From contig CM068748.1 of NCBI GenBank assembly GCA_035084275.1, positions 4,092,001 to 4,156,000 on the forward strand: a stretch of DNA of 64,000 bases. Reading direction: 5' to 3'. This document shows, in pieces, positions 37,270 through 49,890 of this stretch (position 1 is the first letter of the stretch; each line of letters starts with the position of its first letter). Source of the stretch: Hydrolagus colliei (Eukaryota). Under the pieces are notes generated by a model, which was given only the letters and a program-made list of their open reading frames with translations, was not told the origin of the DNA and made no database searches. A program made the position numbers and the translations under genes.

Positions 37270-37760
37270 TCTGAGTGGCATAGCTGCCGATTCCCTTGGA
37301 ACAATCTCCTCCAAATCCCACAGCGAGCCTTGTAAGTCCCCTGGTTTCCTCTTCTCCTGGTCCCAAAGCACAGCTGCTGAGCCTCCCAGCAACATCTGTG
37401 CAAAGAGCCACAGAGTGGCCCTGAGTCCCAAAGCATCCTTGAACATCAGTCCCAATGCAAGGCCTCGAGTCCTCCAGTGTCCTTTTCCTTACACCCCATG
37501 GCATAGCTGCTGAGTCTTTGGGTCTTCTCTGCACTGAGGTCCACAGGATGACTGTTGATTCTCTGGCATTTTCATCCATCAACCGTGTGGCATGACTGTG
37601 TCCCCCGATGTCCTCAGCTTCAGGTTCAGCAAGATGGCTGCTGAGAGACTCAGTAGAGTCTTCTGTGTTGAGCCCTCCAGCATGTCTGTGCAGTCCCATG
37701 TTGCCTCCCTCTCAGAGTCCCAAAGGATGGCTGTTGACTTTCTCTTTCCCCTCCAGCAAG
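37270..37760. repeat. Degenerate ~45-bp tandem repeat, 11 units
   Basis: Core gcat(g/a)gctgctgagtcc recurs from ~37280 to ~37735 with spacings 45,45,44,44,45,45,44,42,48,45. Confidence 0.85.
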
Positions 37761-37959
37761 AGATGAGTGAGCTGGCCAAGGTTCAGATATTCAGATCAGC
37801 TCACTCTGACCACAGTCTGTTTTGTCCAAACTCAAGCTGAGCTTTATTTTTTGTGAACGCAAACACTAAAAAAATACAGGGAATATATAACACTTCATGC
37901 ATATGCAGCTGCAATTCTGGAAAAACAATTTACTTCTACACGTATAAAATTCTATATGT

Positions 37960-38030
37960 GATGGGCTATATGTATACGTGTATATATGTATATACATGGA
38001 CATATCTATATATATATATCTATATAGATT
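37960..38030. repeat. (TA)-rich microsatellite
   Basis: tatatgtatacgtgtatatatgtatataca..tatatatatatatatc. Confidence 0.8.
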
Positions 38031-38724
38031 TGTTTCACAAAAAGGAAATGGATTAAAATAATCAATGATAATCTGTTTAGCCTTTGGATGAATGGTGGAC
38101 ATGTTGTTAAACTGAAGGGATCAGATTCACCAAAATTCTTCCCCACTTGCCCAGGGCTTTCATTATACTGTGTCCTGTCTCATGGCATGAATGAATGGTG
38201 AATCCCTTGGCATCCTTTATCACCAGTCCCGCAGTGGGTGTTTTGCGTTTTGCGGCATCCCTTTCCAAGTTGTGGCCCTGTGCTGCCAGCCTTTCTGTGT
38301 CCCCAGTGTGGCATTTCTCTTCAGTCCTTAACATCTCTGCTTCTTTCTTGGTCTCTTGTGCTGAGTCTTCCAGTGACTTTGCTTCTTCCTGGTCTCTCCT
38401 ACTAAGTTCCCCAGTGTCTCCAATGCTCCTTTGCTGGTAAATAAACAAAGAGCCGTTAATATTGACACCAGGAACTGTGATTGCTCCGTGATTCTGATTT
38501 CCCTCAAATCATAAAATAAGACAAGCGTCTTCATTTTTAAAATTATATACTTTGACCACATTCTATAGGGAAATTGTGCAATTCAGAAAGCTGTACACCA
38601 AGTTCTTTAGAAGTTTAGATAGTACCATATTGCATCAGTTAGAATCTCTGGTAGAGTTATGGGTTGTTGGATGCCAGTTTATAATGCAGATTAACATAAT
38701 TCAGATTGCTTGTTGGCTGAACCT

Positions 38725-38900
38725 GGAGACTGTAGTAACCTTTAAATGTGACTGGATGTATACTTAAAGGGATAGAATATAAATGGACTGAGAAAAGAGC
38801 AAGGATTTAAAATTTGAGTAGTTAGCTGATGAGCTAATAGCACTTTTGGTGTGATGGGATGAAATATCTTGTAGGATTTCATTTCTATGGTTTTGATGAT
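38725..38900 (+). mobile_element. Decayed CR1 3' end
   Basis: ETVVTFK..LDVYLKG-like ORF end, gatgggatgaaat (cf. gatgggccgaat) and a tttctatg tail. Confidence 0.5.
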
Positions 38901-39784
38901 TTAGCAGGTTATGGTACAATAAATGTAGGTATTCCGTAAATCAACAGCAACTAAGTAATGTAATAAGAATATTCACTTTATATCTATGTCTTGTTACTTT
39001 GCTTAAAAGTTACTGGACAGAGATTAGTGCTTCAGCAATATATTGGTGATAGCTAGATCTACGCATCCTGTCAAGTGACTGTGTTTCATTGGCAACAGTG
39101 TGTTCAAACGTGAGGAGAGCTTCCCCTCTTGCCCAGTATTCAAATTGTTTTTATAGAAAATTAATGCAAGGCAGCCTTTGCAAAATTTCTCCACTGATCA
39201 CTGGTGTCGACAGTGAGATATAGCAGCAGCAAATATCCCGAAGATTGTCAGGTCAACTTACAAGAACTTTAATAACCGGAAGGAGACCCTGTTAAATCTG
39301 AGTTCCCATGGGTCAGCATGATGCTATTCCAGTTATCGACAGGAATCACATTACGGATCACTGCAAGTTAGATCTTACTGTTGACTAGGAGACATATAGA
39401 ATTTCAATCCCTTTCCTCAGCCAGAATAGCTTTGTTGGTAAACTCAGAAACAAGAGATAAAAGGCATCGATCCCCAATTAGTTGCATGCTTATTTGTTAC
39501 AGGTTTTCTAATTACAAACACATAATAAAGGGATGGCTGATGTTAACGGTCAGCTCACCAGAGATACCCAACGATTATACCCCAGGTGCTTAGCTAGGCA
39601 TAGCTCAATTCAACAGGAAAAGTGGAGTAGAGCAAGCACCTGCTGTCCAGCAGCCAATGGCACTATTGATGCAGAATAGAAAATGGATGTGGGGTAGGGG
39701 TGGGAGGCATGGAAAGTTGTCACACACATAGATCAGTCAATGCCTTTTAGCTATTGACAAGGTGCAAACTTCAGTGATTTGTTA

Positions 39785-39900
39785 ATACGTTTTGCCTACA
39801 GAATATCCAATCAATTCATTTTACAATATATTCTATGAAATGTTTTGAGATGTCTCAAAGACGCTATATCAAATGCAAAGCTTATTATTATTATTATTAT
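39785..39900 (+). mobile_element. SINE 3' part, copy 5
   Basis: tcaattcattttacaatatattctatgaaatgttttgagatgtctcaaagacgctatatcaaatgcaaagc(tta)n. Confidence 0.8.
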
Positions 39901-42729
39901 CACATGTTGCATTTTTTTCACCCATCATAACAGTTTTCACCAATAGGGGGAGGGTAAGTTCGTATAATTCTCAGTGTGAGCTTGTCTTTAAATTGTGTTA
40001 TTAAATGGTTTATATAATGTTCCCGAGTTAGCGAGAAGTTCCTGCTTTAGGCCAGCTGTTTTTCACAGCTACCGTCGCCTTAATTTCCAGTTCTTTAAAC
40101 ATGTGCGTGTGATTGAGCTTTATCTTTCCTCTATTAGGTTGATTCTCGATCCTCATGCAGGCACACCTCCTGCTAAATGATTCACTGAGCATCAGAGTTG
40201 ACACGCTTGGAGACTTCCATGCCCTTGCTCGCGTTCACAATAGGACAAAGCACGTTATCGTAGAGGTGAATGCTTTACCAAAGGAATGAGGGGAGGGGAA
40301 TGTGTGGGGGGGAAAGAATAGAAAAACGCAAAAATTCTAGACATCTTTGCTGAACACCGAATGGGAAAATCTGGAGTGCGCTAAGGGTCACGGGATACCC
40401 AGAATCCTTCAACACTTGGAAAGCCGCTGACTCATTCCCTCAGTAATCAGTGTTGTGTGCAGTTACAAATGGGATGGTTAATAGGCCTGCATCCATTATC
40501 ATTAGTGCATCTCAGCACGCAGGTACATGATGGGCCCTGCCAGCACGTTTGCTTCAGCTCACTGAGCCAGGGGCCATGCTCCATTGCAAATGAGGATGAG
40601 AAACACCTGCTCCAGGGTTTTCCAGCAGACCATCTCCATCGCTCACATCTCATGCAACACTTGTTCTGTCATAATGTAATCCTGGCTCCAGCCAAAAGAG
40701 GTTTACTGTATCCAACTAAAGATCACAAACTTCCCTGTTGTTTGCTGCATAAATTCAGTTCGGAAAACCTGGTGCATTAAAAAATGTAACACAATTCTGT
40801 TGTGTTCAGCATTCTGTCATCAGCAGATTTTTCTTCCGATAACTAACGTTGATGCAAGGGTGGCTTGGCTAACACACTGAAGCATTACTCTGTAAGCTTT
40901 GACTCCACAAGCCAAGGTACTTTCGATTAGGGCTGATATATATTTAAAAAACACATTTAAAACAGCTACAAATAGTAAGTTGCCATCTTATTTCAGTTGT
41001 TACACTAAATAAATGTTTGAGCTAGAAATGTGAATTGATTGGAAGTTTGAGAGCTGTAGTATGGTTACATATCAAACGTATGCAAGGGCACCTGTGTGAC
41101 CTACTCTGGGACCTCACTTTAACAATTAATTGACAGTGACATTTTTACTATAGTAAACGAAAATCAGTATTAAAGATGTGATACATAGGCATACTTCCAG
41201 AAACAAAAATCTGGTTTCAATAAAACTATACTTCTGATTAGAACTGATGTTACCTTCCGGTTGTGCCTTTGGCTATTATGTGTTCATACGTATAATGACT
41301 AGATGCCATATCCACTTTTCATATTCATGTTTTCTGTTTCTCTTCTGCACCAGACACATTGGAATGATTAGAACATCACTCTACACCATGCAGCATTTGA
41401 TTTAATTTGAAACAGATTATGACCTGCAGGAAAAAATTATAGCAATGCCTTTTCGTCTTTTTTTCTCGCGTTTGCTGCAAAAGCCATACAAAATGCTTGC
41501 AAAAAAACTTGCAATTTATTCTACCAGAGCAGGTAGAACTTCAGAAAAAGTTCTCATATAATATTTCAATTAGCATGCACAAAAGAATTACATATCTAAC
41601 TGCAAAGATATGGGCCTTAATTTTGCTCCCCAGTTTATAGAGTTTTATAAGCCAATAACCTGGCCACATTTGCTGGAGGCTATTTGCTTTTGATTCACAT
41701 ATCAAATTTAGATAGGAAATGATGCAAAGCTTCAAATTTTGAAAGAACTGCAATAAGAAACGGCAAATGAAGAAGCCTGTCCTCAACATTAGGGTAAGAG
41801 TGACACAAGGTCAAAAAGTCAAACACTCACTGACTTAGGTGGTTCAATTGGGCTAAATTCGAGTTTGAATTTCTTGTTATAAGAAAGCTATAAGAAATCC
41901 AAATTCAGCTAAAAGCTGAATAATACAAAGTTGAGCAAATATTTTGAATGTTCCTTTGACTCTGGCAGTCCTATACGGTTTATATCAAACTGAACTGAAT
42001 ATTGAAAGCAAAAGTTGTTTTATTCATCCCTCAAGATAAATTCAAGCATCTGTGGCACCCAGCGACAGGGTAAAATAACTAAAATAGAAATCATCATGGT
42101 GTAGAACAAAATTGGGGCACTCTACAACATGACACAGAGATTTACTTTTCTTTAATTGTAATTTTATTTATAGAATGTTTAAGCGCAAATTCAAACCTAG
42201 TGAAATAAATGACACATAAAAATCAAGTGCAACAGTCAGTTAGCTAAGAAACATAAAGCCAAGAGGCAAAGCATAACAGTGTCTAACCTGCAATATTTCA
42301 TAAAAGGTTCCCTTAATAAGGAATCCAAGTTAGGCAATGAGAAATTGAAAGTATGCAGAGAGCTAGGGAACTTTGCTCTGATATGATCTGCTTTGGGAGT
42401 AAAGTTTCTGTGAATTGACAGGAATTCTAATGGGAATCTTTACTTTGGAATCCTGTTATATATCACACATTAGAGCTCAATACAAAATCCGTCAACAATC
42501 TCACCAACCCATATTGTACTTTGGGGGCAAAATAGTCACTCCTCACTGAAGACAAGCTCACAAACTTCTTACATGTCTTACAAGCGACACTTCAAGGTGT
42601 GTGTGGGCCTTAATCTGGCCATAAACCAGGCAAAGGTAGAGGTCAAAAATAAAATAGGAGAAAAAAAGAAAAGGGCGAAGGCAGGAAAAAGAGTTTCTAA
42701 GGGCAGAGCCTATGTTAAGGACCAGCCCC

Positions 42730-43105
42730 AATCACAAAGCGCAAAGGTTGTGGATTCAAATCCCACATCAGTAATCTGTATTTGACAATAGTATACAAGT
42801 ACTATATATTTGTATACAATACATTCAGCCCATTATGTCTGTGCTGATGCTACCTCTCCACTGGATGCTACCGATCATTCAATTTCTTTTTCCCCAGATG
42901 GTTTTTCCGGGATTAATAAGTCCTTCCAAAAATTTAAAAATAATAATAAATTGGTACTCAATCCATGACTGTTTGTGTGACACTGTTGTGCCTAATAGAC
43001 TGCTGCATTTTGGCCACAAATTATACAGTCAATTCACTTCACAGTATATTCTGTGAGGCGTCTTGAAGAGTTGCTAAGGTGTTATATCAAATGCAAGGAT
43101 CATTT
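42730..43105 (+). mobile_element. Near full-length decayed tRNA-headed SINE with L2-type tail, copy 6
   Basis: B-box-like aaggttgtggattcaaatcccac at the 5' end and the family tail cagtcaattcacttcacagtatattctgtga..tatatcaaatgcaagga. Confidence 0.75.
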
Positions 43106-43147
43106 AAAAAAATATATATTTTAAAAATCAATGCTATAGTAAAAATT

Positions 43148-43460
43148 TACTGATCTCAGTTGTAACAGTACTGAGGCCACTGCAATTTGCCTCTGTGTCT
43201 CTGGGCTAGGGAAGGGAAAGAGCCAGCCAGAATTCTTGCTCCTTGTTGCTTTCCGATGACCCATGCTGGAAACTTCTGGTGTGCAGACATCAGTCGAGAA
43301 TGGTATTGGACTTCCCCCTTTGTTGACTGGTCTGCCAACACTCACCGTTTAGTTTCACGCATGAAATATGGTCACTTGGGCAGCATATCAGAGAACTGCA
43401 GATATCCACGGAATCAAACAGGACCATTAGTTGTCAATGTTAGCAAAGGAGGGGATAAAA
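43148..43460 (+). mobile_element. Ancient tRNA-SINE, LmeSINE1c-like, copy B
   Basis: ctgatctcag..caatttgcctc..ctgggctagggaaggga..cagccag..gctcct..tgaccc.tgctggaaa..ctgccaacactcac..catgaaatatggtcacttgggc. Confidence 0.75.
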
Positions 43461-46400
43461 GAGCACGTAATTCATAAAATGAAGACAAATAATCACTTCC
43501 CTGAGAATTTACCATAAGCTCAATGAGATATATGAGATAGGGATGAAAATGTCAACCCAATATATGAACTTGGTGATTCGATCAGGCTGCATTTGGGTTC
43601 AGATTTCAAAGCAAAACTTACTTTCCCCTCTGGGGATAGCAATGTTTACACTGCTGTCAAGCAATGGCATGGTGGTACACGTCTTTGGCACTTCAGGAGA
43701 TGCCTAAGTGTTTGTGAGTTCTGATCATAGTTTTTGCAGCCAGTAGGAAGTGCAGGCATTTCCTCCAAGGGAGCAAGGGACGTCCACAGCACATTCGCGG
43801 AGGCCAGTCTACAAAGTAGATTGTCTGTACTCGCCTCTTATGTGAAGTTATGTGACGTGCAGAGATAATAACAGAGAAAATTAGAAATGGTAGAATATTT
43901 CAATAAAATAAAACATTTTCCCGGGGAATCTTTTTTTTTGTTAAAACTACTGATTGTAATTCTGATTTTAGTGTCTATTCTTTCCCTGAACACGGGGTAT
44001 AAAAAAACGCGTCAGCAGGATTTAATGTGTCTAAGTAGGATGGTGACAAGGGCAACCTTTGCCTACATATTTTGACTTTTTTTGTCTTGCATTTTAGTGC
44101 AATATATTGATAAAGACTCAATAAAGGAGAACTAAAAACTCTAAGTAAATTAAAGGAAATTAACTTTGTTGCACTTTGCACAAATGACGTTAATCTTTAA
44201 CTAAAATCTTGCAGTGTTGTTAAATAAGGCGTGTGCAGGAATCATTCCACTTGTCAGAAATTATTTTTTCCCCAACAAAATCAGGATGCATGAATTCCAA
44301 AGAGCAGATTGAACAGGGAAAATGGAATCCCAATCAGAAAGGCCTGGATGCTTGTGGCAGTTAGGCATATCACATCATTACCGCAAATGTATGTAACATG
44401 TGATAGTGTTCTACCCAGACGCTTGTGTTCATATGCACTTCTGGCATCAGTCCTCATCTAACACCTGCTTAAGCAGCGAAAACTATTAGGTGTTTTCCTA
44501 TATAGTTAGAAATGAGCATTTAAGCTTAACCTAGTTTATAGGCACAGCTGATATCCCGACATCTGTTTTCCCTATTTAGCTCTTTTTGAATTCACCTTTT
44601 GTGCAAAATGATTTCCAGCGCAGCTATCAACATGCGAACAAAATATATCGTCTATTTCCAGCAGAATAACATTCTGTTCATTTGTAATGCTGAATGCAGC
44701 CTAATCTAGGGAATTTTGATTCAGCAGTGTGAATGAATGAAACAAAAACTGATAATTAAAATTCCAATCCTCACTTTTAAAATCAATTTACCACTATTTG
44801 TTGTAAGTGTTACTGTAGATTATTAGTATCAAACCTAGTAGAAACAATAAACAAAGGCAATGGTTTGTAAATAAAGGTTCAAGCACCATAGTAAAATGGA
44901 ATTAGAAAAATCACATACCTTGATGGCAGTTTTCATTGAACAAACTGCACAATTGGACTTGTTTTTATTTTTACTTTATTGACACCAAGGCCTCCAAGCG
45001 ATTGAAAAAATCTAACATAAATATTTTAAAATATTCAATGCAGAAGTTTTTTTTTGTAATATGTTTTTGAAACGCTGAAGGTTAATGACCTCTAATAAAA
45101 CCGGCATTGCCTTTGAAAATCATAATCATTACCAAGGACAAATTTCCCAACAGCAGAAGCTCATAAGCAATCTGTTTGTTTACAACCGCTTCATAAGTGG
45201 TAATTCAATGCAGTCTTCTTTTGTTGAAAAAAGCTTATCATTTTCAATTCAATAAGCCTCAATACACTGTAGACTCTCTCCTTTCCATCCGGCGATGATG
45301 TGAAGGGGTCGCAGGTTCACCTGTGATTTTGCATGACAGCCTCGCCACACACATCATGTGCTGCCAAATGCGCTGCCATTAATTTATGATTTAAAGTAAT
45401 TAACTTTTGCTGATTAAAGTAATTATTTCAAGTGCATTGCACTCAGGCCCAAATGATGCACACGCAGTCCTCCCCAGTTTTTGCTTGCAGTATGCCAAGT
45501 GCTTAAAAACTGCACCAGGGAACTCACAGCGACTTCTGTCAGTCTAACAAATATGCCATGTTTATGCCTGATTTGTACTAACTGCTCATTTTAATGCTGT
45601 GTTCTGGCAGAACATAGACACAGTGTGAATCTTCTTACATGCAAACAAGATGAGCATCGGAAACATGTCACTTGGCTGACAGTGAAAACTAAATAAGCTG
45701 TTCTTGCCTTCAACCATCGAAAGGTATTTTAATAATTTTTATTTCATCTTGAACTCCTCATATGCAGGGAATGTGACTTTATGTTAAATATTTTTCACTG
45801 ACTGCGAAAAAAAAAGGCTTAGAAGGAAACAATACCTGGAATATTCTGAGCTGTCAAGTCTACTATTTTATGCATGTTGACCCCAGTCTATTTTTAATTA
45901 AGCAATAATGAATGGTAACATTAGTGATGAATAATATACATCAGAATTCATTTGTGCATTGAAGCGATGCAGAGCATGCTATTTTATCAATAATACACAC
46001 TTCTGAAATAATTATTGCTATCATATCATGTCTCGGTGTGCTCAATGTGATGTATAAAAATATGTTGCAACCTTAAATGCCGAGGTATGTTATGCTTTTG
46101 GTAATTAGCAATCCAGTAAATGGTAATTAAAGCAACCATGACATTATAACCCAGGTAATATTCATCACTTAGCTAACTACCTCCTGTAAAGCTTAATGGG
46201 TGTATTAGTAAGCAGCACAGTGTTAGAGTAATAACACACCCTCATCTCTATGGGTGAGGCCAGGGCCACATTTAACCTGCACTCATGTGAGATGATTTTG
46301 TTGGAACTGTCAGACTAAACTGACAATTCCGGCTTTGACAGCCAAGCTGGCAGATCTAGGGTCCATGCTGTGGAGGCGCCAACGGTATAACTTGCCTCAA

Positions 46401-46574
46401 CTCCAGCTGTTGGCAGTGGTGCATTCTGTTGCAGTGTGTGACACAACTGGTTGTATGGGCAAGTGCATTACGAATCAACTCAAAAAAAAAATTGGCTGAA
46501 CCACCTTTTCAGAAAAAAAAGATGGAACAATCTTCTCAGAAAGTGGCGAGACTTCACTTCTGATTGACTTCAGC

Positions 46575-46845
46575 CCAAGAGACATTAGAGATATAAAACA
46601 TTTTAAATGGGATTGGAAAAGGTAAAGCCAGAAGGATACTTTCACATGAATCGAGGCAGCAGAACAAGCGAACATGGGTTTAGATTTGCAAAGGAAATTT
46701 CAGAACAGTCATTAGGAAGTAGTTCTGGTGGTTGGGGCCATGACAATGGATTCACTTTTTTTAAAAATAAAGCTCGGTTATTTTGGAAGGATGAGGTCAA
46801 ATGGGATGAAGGCCCTTCTACATCTGAACTGATCTCGTGAAGTTC
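46575..46845 (+). mobile_element. CR1-type LINE 3' end (ATCTTGTG-tail subfamily)
   Basis: ORF 46607 reads GLEKVKPEGYFHMNRGSRTSEHGFRFAK (cf. G...V....F.....SRTRGH..KL.K). The tail is gatctcgtga. Confidence 0.75.
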
Positions 46846-47054
46846 CTGCAACATTGCATTTGAATACATTTTAATTACTTTTCACGATAGGCTACAGACT
46901 ATGTAGAGGATAAAAAGGTGAAGGCATTATTGACTTTGACTATTGCATTTAAAGTGCAGTTCTGTGTTCGCTCCTTAAAAAGAATTGAAAGTAGAGCTTT
47001 GTAAATAATATATACTTGAATGATGGTGGATTGATCACCACCATCAGTCATAAC

Positions 47055-49300
47055 AGTCACAAGATACAGTCATAATCTGAGGGCATACAGGATAGAAGAT
47101 TTCTTGTAAAATCTTCAAATGCAAGTTTTTTTCATTTTGGGGACATGCTAAAAGCCATACAAGACAGAAACCTATAAATATTTTTAAAGCCTTGAGCTCT
47201 GATCTTGATGTTTTATGCTTTGGGTATGGAGGAGAATAGGTGAATTCTGCAATCTTTAAGGTATAGAATGATTTTAAGGAAGATTTTCCTCCATTACCTC
47301 TAGTGTCAACATCAAACATTCTGTGAACATCCATAACAGCATGAACTAAATGTATTTCAGAGCTCTTGATCAATCGCTCAAACAGTATTTCTTATTGCCA
47401 ATGCGCATTGCCCCCTGCACTATACGCACAACAACATTTCCTACATCAATCACAACCTTTCTGAATAAAACTTCTCAACACTGTCTGGGTTATATTTGAA
47501 CTCAGGTCCAAGAGGCATTCTAATCCACTTCTTCACCTAGTACTGAACTTTAAGTGGGATTATCTGTTGAGGATACATAACAATGTACAGTTGATCTGGA
47601 CCCAGTAGACATAGAATTACTTTAATCCTGTTTACAGTTTTGGATTAACCTTTCAAAATAGGTGCTGATTTGGGTTCTCCAGCAGTGAGATATTTGACTC
47701 CTGAGTCCACTGAGGATGGTAGATGGAAATACCATACCATAGCATATAAATCTTTATAGAGTTAACTCTGCTTCTTTCACTAATCGTAGCGAATCTTTCA
47801 ATGTGGGTTTATAATGAGATTTCCCGTTATAAGAATACTTCAAAAGATTCACTGAACTTTGTGTATGGAGCAGAATAATCCTCTTTGAGTGGAACAAGGG
47901 CAATTGCCATGCTGCCTCAGTTCTGACAAAAAGCGACACAACGTATTGTGCTCACAGTCCACAAAGATCTTGGACAACGCTTCTGAAAATGGACGTAGAT
48001 TTGACTAGATGCTAAAGTGATGCGGAATTAGCTATTGTAAATAAGAACTTCATCCTGACTTATTCGAACCCTAATTTTAAAAGCAGGGCCTTCATCACCC
48101 CCTTCAGGTATTACATACAATTTGAGCTCTTCATGGCGCGTGGAGGAGATGTATTTCTACACCAGGGAAAACTGTGTGGGGGCATTTCTCTCCTTCGATG
48201 AGAGTATTTGATATTCCGCAATCACTCTTAAAAATGCATGTTCCCTTCATCCCTGCTTTAGGGGTGTTAGTGAATCGATACTGTACTAGCTTTAGCAGAA
48301 AATCTCGGGGGGAGGCTGTCTCTGGTAATATTGTCCTCAGGAACTGAAAAAAATATTTTGTGCTGTTTTGCTTTGTGGGGTTTTGAACTTCTAGCATAAA
48401 AGGTTCAGAAGTGAGGCAGATCTATGCAACTGAACAGAATTTGAGGCTCATCTTCATGCAATTCTCTTCTGTTGCTAACTGCTTAAATTAAAGGCTAGGC
48501 TGCCCATCCATCTGGATTGCTCTCAACAACATATTTGTCCTTTATGTTTGATTCATTTTAACATTGAAATATTCACAGTGCATAAACAACCCGGAATATA
48601 TTGGCTCCTTAGCTTCTCCTTTCCCTTCCCATAGGTGAATCCATCATACTTGATTTGCTTGGACTCTTTTTCTGATGACCACACATTTGTGATGCTTAAA
48701 TGTTAATCTCCAGAAGTGTCTACTTCATAATTTGTACTTGTAGGGATTTTTTCTCTCTGTGTATCACTACTTGTAAAAAAAATTGCACTAAAATTTTATT
48801 AGTGGAAAACAAAGTAAAAAAATCTACTGGAACAGATTGTTTGTTTCTTATGGGCTGATTATGTCTGAGGTATAATTTGCAATGTAGTCCATACCCTGCA
48901 CAGGGACTGAAGTTATTAACTTTGAATCTTGACACTTATTATTTCAGAGGTTGCAATCAATATTTTGTGAAAAACCATTTTAATAAACGTAACATTTTCC
49001 ATTGTGATATTTAGAATTGTTAAGCCCGTGAAACTGGCTTATTGGGCAATAAGATTGCATGTTTACTTGTCTCAGAGCAAGAACACATTGTGTTAAATGG
49101 TCAGTATCTCTGCACTGCAGCTTACCTTGGCTGGAGTTTAAGACTTCCGGTCTGGTCTTCAAGAAAAGGTTTACACCGTTTCTGTCAAAATTCAGTTTAA
49201 CTAATTCAGTTTGATAATTTTTCCAGGTCTATGAATATGGATGCCATCTGCTTCCTGTACCAATACTGTCATTTGTTGGGACAGAACTGATTTTAAATAC
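47055..49300 (-). mobile_element. Fragmented ancient CR1-like LINE (RT to 3' end), interrupted by other sequence
   Basis: Minus strand, in order: IFIDLEK (~49225); EYQI-IEGEKCPHTVF (~48190); IANSAS..L...IFRS...DL....YVVSLFVRT (~47930-48040); PLKED..KVQ*IF (~47860); VHRMFDVDTRGNGGK (~47300); atcttgtga tail (47059-47067). Confidence 0.5.
47390..47545 (-). mobile_element. Old tRNA-SINE remnant (LF-SINE-like)
   Basis: Reverse complement includes gacctgagttcaaatataacccaga (B-box) and gcaatgcgcattggca. Confidence 0.4.
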
Positions 49301-49659
49301 TTTGAGCTCTATGACAAGACTCGGGTGCCTAAACGAGAGTTTGTAAGCTTCATTGTTCATCATATTAAAATAAAATGACTGCTTAGGCCAACAAAGAGAA
49401 CTTGTCTCTTTGATGAAGTACCCCAGTTTGAGAAGGGTAAAATGGTCCTATTATCAGAGGGTGTTCATTCCAAGGATATACTCCAAGAATCTCAAAATCT
49501 ATATTTAATAATTCCTCCACTTAGCATCCAGTTGCAGAAATTAGCTATTGTTATTTTATTGTTGCCCACGGAAGTTTGAAAGGTGGAAATGACTAAAAGA
49601 CAGCTGAGGGACCACAGCACCTTATCGGTAAACTGTAAACGGTAAACTGATAAACTGTA

Positions 49660-49890
49660 CCATATAGTGCCAGGCTACGGGTTCTAACCCCAATTATTCT
49701 CCACATGGTGAGACATCAGCTGGGGCCATCTGACAAGGCACCGAGCAGAGACAAACTGCACCCCCCAGGGAGGTGGAAGTCGGATGCTGAGTTAACCTGC
49801 ATTGCTCTCACACCTCCTGCCAACTGGTTAAGAGTGGCATTGGCAGAGGAGTCAGAGCAGCCTGCTTCCTCATCTACAAAGCAGAGGAGT
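49660..49890 (+). mobile_element. Old tRNA-SINE (LF-SINE-like)
   Basis: B-box-like gggttctaacccc at ~49680. The 3' part ggttaagagtggcattggcagaggag..gcagcctgc resembles the LF-SINE 3' region as I recall it. Confidence 0.35.

Noticed and set aside
37270-37760. 45-bp array as a CRISPR-like repeat-spacer array
   Set aside because: The conserved core is short and degenerate, similarity extends across whole units, and the context is vertebrate.
47760-48350. Crypton/DUF3504 tyrosine-recombinase remnant (IYVHFQKRCPRSL)
   Set aside because: This is a single weak motif. A colinear series of CR1-like motifs in neighbouring frames explains the region better.
49227-49342. Possible + strand exon (ttttccag..gtaagc)
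   Set aside because: The exonic side of the donor is weak (TTT), the peptide is unrecognised, and it lies antisense within a LINE fossil.
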